From Octopus vulgaris (lineage: Eukaryota), in NCBI GenBank assembly GCA_951406725.2, contig OX597817.1, forward strand, positions 134,974,001 to 135,038,000: DNA of 64,000 nucleotides, in the 5' to 3' direction. Positions 56,641 to 64,000 of the stretch are shown here, piece after piece. The position numbers and the translations under genes were made by a program. The first letter of the stretch is position 1, and each line of letters begins with the position of its first letter. The notes beneath the pieces were generated by a model that worked only from the letters and a program-made list of their open reading frames with translations, was not told where the DNA came from and searched no databases.

Positions 56641-56747
56641 TGATCAAATCAACTGAAAACCTTGTCGTCGTAACCGACGGAGTGCCATGGCCGTATATAT
56701 TATCTTTTACTTGTTTCAATCATTAGCCTTTGGTCAGGCTGGGCACC

Positions 56748-56799
<52 letters not shown>

Positions 56800-56802
<3 letters not shown>

Positions 56803-57109
56803 CTTATTTTGATAATCAGTGAATAGACTTCACTGACTATAGATATATACAGATACGAAGTCGAGACAGACATCGCCAGCTGACCGGTGTCTGCTACTCT
56901 AGGCCGATGAAGGACAATTATCCTGAAACACGGTGTCCCTAGATGCAGTTCCGGCAGTTGGGGGTGTTTGTCTCCCCTTCGTATGTGTATATAAGGACAC
57001 AGGATAAAATGTGTCGAAGCTGTCAGGAGGCGTTCGATGCCTCCTAGGGCTATATAACGGTGGTGTACCCCCTACTGTCACGTTCTTGTTAGATTGACAG
57101 TATACAACC

Positions 57110-57112
<3 letters not shown>
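56800..57112 (+). mobile_element. (TA)n-flanked, hairpin-rich non-coding cassette with hammerhead
   Basis: Four 8-9 bp hairpins plus a hammerhead motif; no convincing ORF. Confidence 0.65.
56898..56943 (+). ncRNA. Type-I hammerhead motif (U4>C substitution)
   Basis: tctagg-CCGATGA-agga caatta tcct-GAAA-cacggtg-TC-cctaga. Confidence 0.7.
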
Positions 57113-57143
<31 letters not shown>

Positions 57144-57529
57144 AAGACGAAAATGGAGGGAATCCAGAGGTAGTATTCATCAGCTGTTAGACATTATATT
57201 ATGTCTATTTATATAAAACGGTTCTGATAATATATAATATATACATACATGTTTAGAGTACTAGTAATTTCTAGAATAGAGAAAGAAGAACAGTTTCTTA
57301 CAGATGTTTCTGCCAAGAGGTCACAGTAACCCACATGTTATTTCCATCTTTTCGGTGTACTGTAGTGATCTGTAGACCACTACAGAATCTGTGGAATAAT
57401 TCTTGTTTGGAATTGATTCTAGAACACACTCTGAATTCTACGTAAAAGGGATTTTTTTTACCAAATTATTTACGTTATTATTTAAGACATCATTTTATTG
57501 TGTTAAATGTACTTCGAGAACCAATTCCA

Positions 57530-57578
<49 letters not shown>

Positions 57579-58174
57579 TATAGTGTATGAGTGTGTGTGT
57601 GCGTGTGTGTTTTGCTGTGTGTGTGTGTGCATCTTGAATACAAAAAAAAATTAGACAAATCAGTTTTTGTCATGACCTGTCAATTTTGGAGAAATTCTTG
57701 TCGCTCTTGAGAACCTCTCCCCATTATATTTCGTGCTGGTGCCAATTGCTACAAAGTGATTGATCTGCCTAGTCCGGATTCACAAGCTAAAAAACGTCGA
57801 AATATTCATACAGAATCTAACTTTCAATAAATTTCACAGTAATAGAAAATAATAAAAGTTCAATCATTCAATGAGCTTCATAATAATAATACATGGTTGT
57901 CAGTTCAGTAGTTTCACCGAATTTTCTTTTGTACCTTCAATCTCTCCGAAACGTTTTTCATTTAACATTGTAGAAACCGGTCTGGTATTTTAATGAATTT
58001 GTTATAAGAAATTTAAACTACAATAAGTTTTAAAACTCAAGTGCATTATCTTCAAAACCAACTCACCTATACATACATACGTTCACACATATACATGCAT
58101 GCATATATATATATATATATATACATACATATGTGTGTATGGATGTGTGAGTGTGTGCATGTGTATATACATAC

Positions 58175-58229
<55 letters not shown>

Positions 58230-58979
58230 ACACACACACACACTTTGAGTGTTTGTGGGTTAAACAATAGTCGTGTACTTTTTTTATGCGTCTTCCATTT
58301 AGATTTACTTCTGAATAAACTAACTACCGAGATTTTCAAAGTAAAATGATTTTAGAGATTGTAAACAGTAATTTGTGATAGAGAGAGAAAGAGAGAGACA
58401 GAAAGAGGGAGGGAGAGAGAGAAATGGTAGAGGAAAGAAAAGAACAGAGAAACAAACCTACTGAAAATGTATCTATTCTCTCTTTCTCACTCGGAGTTGT
58501 GTTTATAACGTCTAATGTCTAATGTCTAATATATTCATTAAGAATTTCGATCTAATAGAAAATATAAATTACTTCTTTTTTTTCTTACATTATTCGCTTG
58601 CTGATTTGTTGATTTACTCTTTCTCACTATTCAAGTTTTATTCCGTCATCGAGATTTAATTCGATAAAAACCATTTGATATCTTGTGGTTGGCATGTCTA
58701 GTTGTGCGGTCAAGAAGTTCGTTTCGCATCTGGATGATTTCACGTTTGATTCCATTGCCTAGAATCTACGGCCGTGTCTTTTACTGTAGTCTCAATTCGA
58801 CATAAAGTCTTGCAACCGAAATATGGAAGACCATCGGAGTCACCATTTCAATTCATGGGCTTAGCACCATCACCTTGACAATGGTCAACAGAGTAATTCT
58901 GACCTTCCTCCACCACCAACACCAGTGTCTGTGTGTCTTCAATAAAACCATTCAAAACATAGTCATTATTTTGTATGAG

Positions 58980-59126
58980 CACAAGAGTAGCTGAATGGTA
59001 AGAAGTTTGCTTTCCAACCACATGATTCTGAGTTCAATCTCACTGCGTGACACCTTTGACAATAACCTCGGACTAACCAAAAGCTTCTGAGTGGATTTGG
59101 TAGAAGGAAACTGAAAAAAGCACGTC

Positions 59127-59171
<45 letters not shown>

Positions 59172-59420
59172 TGCATGTGTGTGTGTGTATGTGTGTTTCC
59201 ATCTCTGTGTGTGCGCGCGCGCGTTTGTGTACGAGCATGTATGTGTGCGCGTGTGAGTTTGTCTTTGTGTCTATGATTGTTCCCCCACCACCTCTTGAAG
59301 CCGGTGTTGTATTTGTGTTACTGTAACGTAGCGCTTCTGTAGACTAAAAATTTTTTGCAAGGCGTTGCCCCAGCATGGCCGCACTCTGACGACTGAAACA
59401 AGTAAAAGATAAAAGCATAA
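58980..59420 (+). mobile_element. SINE family A
   Basis: ggtaagaagtttgctttccaaccacatgattctgagttcaatc..gagtggatttggtag..(TA)n..gccccagcatggccgca. Confidence 0.8.
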
Positions 59421-59664
59421 AAGAGAATCGTTTGATTAATATGGCTGATCTTTTACATCGTTGGTCGACGATATTGCAGAGTTAGCAGGGGTGAAATGTG
59501 GCCGGCCTTTTCCCAGAACCAAGTGCCTAACTCACTATACACTTACCTCCTCTCCATTCGTGAATACACCACGAAGGAAAGACAACTCAATACGCAGCAT
59601 CCATGAAGCTACATACGATACAAGTTATTACTGCGCGTCTGTGGTTTTCTGTTGCCCTTTTTCC

Positions 59665-59965
59665 TTTACTTATTTCAGTCATTTGAATGCAGCCGTTAGC
59701 GGGGGAACCACCTTCAAGAATTGTTCATCGAATGAATTAACCTTAGAACTTTTTTTTAAACCTTGGTATCTATTCCATTGATTTTTTTGCTGAATCGCTA
59801 AGTACCTAAACAAAAGCAACCCCGGCTGTCAAGCGGTAATGGGGGACAAACAGACACACACACGTATATCTATATATATATATATACATATGCAGAGAGA
59901 GAGAGGGGGTAGATTTATATAGGACGGGCTTCTTTCAGTTTCCGTCTACCAAATCCACTTACAAG
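59665..59965 (-). mobile_element. SINE family A fragment
   Basis: gacgggcttctttcagtttccgtctaccaaatccac plus the reverse-complemented tail. Confidence 0.7.
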
Positions 59966-60509
59966 AGTTTGGTAGAGGGAAACTGATACAAGCTTCCTAT
60001 TTGGAAAAAAAATTAATAGATTACCTTACAAAGCAGCAGGTGTTTGTTATAGTAGGTATGGTTTGTGAAGCCAACCTTGTATCGGTCATGTGCAACAAGT
60101 GCTACCAGCTCAGTAGTAATCTGGACTCGGGATTTGTATGGAGGTACCTTCTTTTAGATGAGCAGTGAAAGAGGTGAAGAATCTCATTTGCCCTGGATTC
60201 GTTGGAGTGTCTGCGAGTGACCGTTCGGAGGTCATTCTGTGACACATTAATTCATAACGAACCCTAACAGATGCTACTACTCAGGGTTAGAGTAGAGGAG
60301 GGACTAATAGTGCCCAAGGGATGGTCCCACACTACTCAAAGCCTTGGATCTCTCCAACCAAAGCCTCACCACCGGATGCAGCTTCAAGTCAAGGATTGAT
60401 ATAATGATTCTGTTAATAGTCAGCAGACAGTGTCAGTGAAATTGTCTCAAACTCAGACGAAGGTGTTTCTCTTCTAATTGTTGTTGTTGATGTTACTGTT
60501 GCTGTTGCT

Positions 60510-60880
60510 GTTGAGTGAACGGTCTTCGTCCCAGAGCTCGCAAGATAGGAGAAGTCGAAACGTGGACCTTTGCTATTCGTAAGAGCCGCAGAAGAGAAAG
60601 CAGATCAACCCCCGACACCGAAAGCATCGACGGATGGATGAATGCGCATCCAGGCTCAGCGGTTGCACAGGAAGTCGGGGACAAGAAACAGGAAGAAAGA
60701 ATGAGAGAAAGTTGAAGCGAAAGAGTACAACAGGGGTCGCCACCACCCCCTGCCGGAGCCTCGTGGAGCTTTAGGTGTTTTCGCCCAATAAACACACCCA
60801 ACGCCCGGTCTGCGAATCGAAACCCCGATCCTCCGACCGCGAGTCCACTGCCCTAACCATTGGGCCATTGCGCCTCCACA
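60510..60880 (-). mobile_element. tRNA-derived SINE family C, full length
   Basis: Minus strand ggaggcgcaaTGGCCCAATGGttagggc..ggGTTTCGATTCgc (A and B boxes). Tail ends in (CAA/CAG)n. Confidence 0.85.
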
Positions 60881-61157
60881 CTTGTTGCTGTTGTTTAGCT
60901 TCCGATCACCGCTTATTCACTCACTCATCTGACATATAATCAAAGACACTCCAGCAGTATTACTGTGCATCAAGAACAGCACCACCCATTTTGTCCTTCT
61001 TTTAAGACGGTTACAGTGTGATTAGACATTTGACTGCTATTTTTAACAGATTGTGGACATTACGGCAATTAGACGGAGCAAAAGGTAACTTATTTCTTTT
61101 TTTTTTTTTGCTGTTTACCAAAGTCCTATAATGTAGAAGTCAATGATATGGAATTTT

Positions 61158-61600
61158 AAGGCGGCGACCTGGCCTAATCGTTAGCACGCTGAGCGAAATG
61201 CTTAGCTGTATTTCGTCTGCAGTATATCGTCTGCGTTACGTTGTGAGTTCAAATTCCGCCGAGGTCGACTTTGCCTTTCATCCTTTCGGAGTCGATAAAT
61301 TAAGTACCATTTACGCACTGGGGTCGATGTAATCGACTTAATACCTATGTTTGTCCTTGTTTGTCCCCTCTGTGTTTAGCCCCTTGTGGGTAATAAAGAA
61401 ATAGAAATAGGTATTTCGTCTGCAGTTACGTTCTGAGTTCAAATTCCGCCGAGGTTGATTTTGCCTTTCATCTTTTTGGGGTCGATTAAATAAGTACCAG
61501 TTACGCACTGGCATCGATGTAATCGACTTAATCCTTTTGTCTATCCCTGTTTGTCCCTTCTATGTTTAGCCCCTTGTGGGCAATAAAGAAATAAATAACA
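61158..61600 (+). mobile_element. SINE family B with tandemly duplicated body
   Basis: Head ggcggcgacctggcctaatcgttagc; gagttcaaattccgccgagg..aataaagaaata present twice. Confidence 0.85.
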
Positions 61601-61979
61601 TAGAATTTTATCCAATATTAAAAACATTGTACTTTGTTTCTGCTCGTTGCATTTGTGGTGAGTGAAAGACGAAAAGGCATTAAGTGTGCTTTTGATATTT
61701 GATTTTCGGTGCTCAGCGGCGTCAGAAACAGTTTCAACACAGACAAGAATGGTCTGTCTCTTGGAAGCGTTCAAATTCAATGGTTTTTATATTAATTAAA
61801 AAAAACTGCGAAAAATACATTCCTGCTGAGGTCAAGTGGGTGTCTGAGAATAACCGAAAGAATTTAATAAAGCTTGATTCCTGAATCTATAGTTGCGTTG
61901 AACAATACTCTCACACGCACACACACACATACACACATACGTTCGCACATGTAGGCTCATATAGATAGATAGACAAATG

Positions 61980-62062
<83 letters not shown>

Positions 62063-62106
62063 GTATATATAAATATATCATCTATATATATATATGTGTG
62101 TGTGTG

Positions 62107-62363
62107 TGGAGGCGGTTTCGATTCCCAGACCGGGTGTTGTGAGTGTTTATTGAGCGAAAACACCTAAAAGCTCCACGAGGCTCCGGCAGGGGGTGGTGAT
62201 CCCTGCTGTACTCTTTCACCACTCTTTCTCCCACTCTTTCTTCTGTTGGCCTGCTCGCTTAGCCAGCGGGGTGGCGTCATTCAAAGGCTAAAAACAATGC
62301 GAACGCATTGTGACCAGCGATGTGTAACAACATCTGATGGTCTGGTTGGTCACGTGATCACGT

Positions 62364-62365
<2 letters not shown>
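62107..62365 (+). mobile_element. SINE family C copy with deleted head
   Basis: tggaggc|ggtttcgattcccagaccggg..acacctaaaagctccacgaggctccggcagggggtggtg. Confidence 0.8.
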
Positions 62366-62418
<53 letters not shown>

Positions 62419-64000
62419 TATATATATATACATATATATATACATACATAATATATATACATATATACATTTATATATATGCATATATATATGAATTAAT
62501 ATATGTATGCATATGCATACATATGTAGATCGTATATTTATATGTATACAGAGCGATAAGGAGGAGGGAGAAGGAGGGGGAGAGAGAGAAGGAAATAAAA
62601 GAGGGTGACGGATAGGGTAAAAAGACGGAGAGGCAGACTGAGAGAGAGAGACAGAGAGATGGAAAGATGTGAATATGTGCGTTGGCGCATAGGCAAATGC
62701 GAGAATATATTTTGATTCAATCGATACAACTCTATTGTTCCAGAAAGGAAACCAACGTAGAATTTGATATATGGAATGGTCCTAGAATCGTCAGTAGAGA
62801 ACAACACACCGAATTGTGCAGACGAAATTAATATAGATGTGATGACATAGAAAATTGATACAAGTTTGGAACGCAAGTATGAAGAAGATGATGGCGGAAG
62901 GGAAGAGAAAAAGGAGAAGAAAAATTATTCCGAGAAATTCTAACATCAAACAGACCAATATTTGGAATACAACACAACCAGGAATTATATTTGTTAACAA
63001 TGAATCAAAATCGGATAGAATTGTCGATATTGTTCGGAATCAGAAAAAAACGTAGATGTCGCATACATTTAAAATAGCTGGAAAGAAATATATGAAAATA
63101 TATCAACAATACTTTTAAACTAGATCCGTTAATGGAATTTATATCAAGTCATCAACATGGCTACCGTCAAACTGGCGATTTTGGTAAGAATATGTGTTCA
63201 ACAGACACTGGCACCAGATTCCAGTGATTATTATCCAAAGATTTGGCTTTTGATTATGCTCTTATGTTTATCTATCTTCACTTCATACCGTCTCTCTGGT
63301 TCGGTATTTTTTTAATTCTTCACCCTTTATCGCTATCTCTTCTTCATTATGAAAGATCAAGCAACAATCATTTTCTGTAGCTACTCTTAATTATGTCGTG
63401 GTGGGATATCCGTATGAAGCTAGTTTTATAAACCAGTATTCACCAGCGGTTTAAATACAATATTTTTAACTGTACACATTTTAAATTACCACCGGTTACA
63501 TTTCAATGGCCCTTTTTATACGGCCTCATCATTCTACAATAGCCAGATGCCAATATTCCAGTGGCGCCCTTTAATAACTATACTCGTATATAGAATCAGA
63601 TCCTCACGTCCATTATATCGTACCTTGACCTGAACATAACTACAGCCCAGACCCAACTCGAAAGAGAACAAGCAGCAGGTCTGTATCAGTGTACAGCTGT
63701 GTATTAATATACGTATGCCGGCATGTATATATTTATGCATTTACATGTATTTACATGTATTTACACACACTCCCACTCACACATATATCATTCAACAATG
63801 TTAGTAGATGAACAATATTCTTAAGGCCGCAATTTACTTACATGCAGCATCTTTCAGAGCCAGTCGCTAATTCAGTTCTTAACTAAATGGAAAACCGTTA
63901 GTATTTTACAAACAAGTTGTAAAAAGGAAAAAAATAACAGTAATAATGATAGTAGGAGAGACGAAAGAGAAAAAAAGACAGACATATCATACACATTTAT

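Noticed and set aside
57172-57325. Half hammerhead motifs (CTGATGA; GAAAcatctgTA) on the minus strand
   Set aside because: The halves are in the wrong order and lack partners.
60810-60880. tRNA-like sequence with A and B boxes
   Set aside because: No complete acceptor stem, and it continues into a repeat body also found at 62107, so it is a SINE head.
62700-63220. Possible L1-like ORF2 C-terminal remnant (CRYC motif)
   Set aside because: Too many stops and an incomplete CCHC motif.
63490-63535. ATGATGA-ggcc..ggcc-GAAA on the minus strand
   Set aside because: Core position 3 is wrong and there is no helix I.

Overview
AT-rich, microsatellite-saturated eukaryotic non-coding DNA. The SINE families and (TA)n/(GATA)n/(TAA)n load suggest an octopus (cephalopod) genome; this is an inference. 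I find no supportable host protein-coding exon, and most listed ORFs are translations of simple repeats. The window is a mosaic of decayed transposons: mariner, maT/Tc1, Tigger, Helitrons, R4/Dong-type RLE LINEs in (TAA)n, Tx1/L1-like LINE ends in (GATA)n, a Penelope-like element (RT plus GIY-YIG) and several tRNA-derived SINE families. The main signal is a dense set of about a dozen minimal type-I hammerhead ribozyme motifs on both strands. They have palindromic helix III and show three versions of the 3-8 core pair (C-G, U-A, G-C). They sit in short non-coding cassettes, many bordered by (TA)n, some terminally redundant and some folded back. This resembles a Penelope-dependent, retrozyme-like family of small ribozyme elements. 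Everything was read by eye, so boundaries of degenerate elements are approximate.
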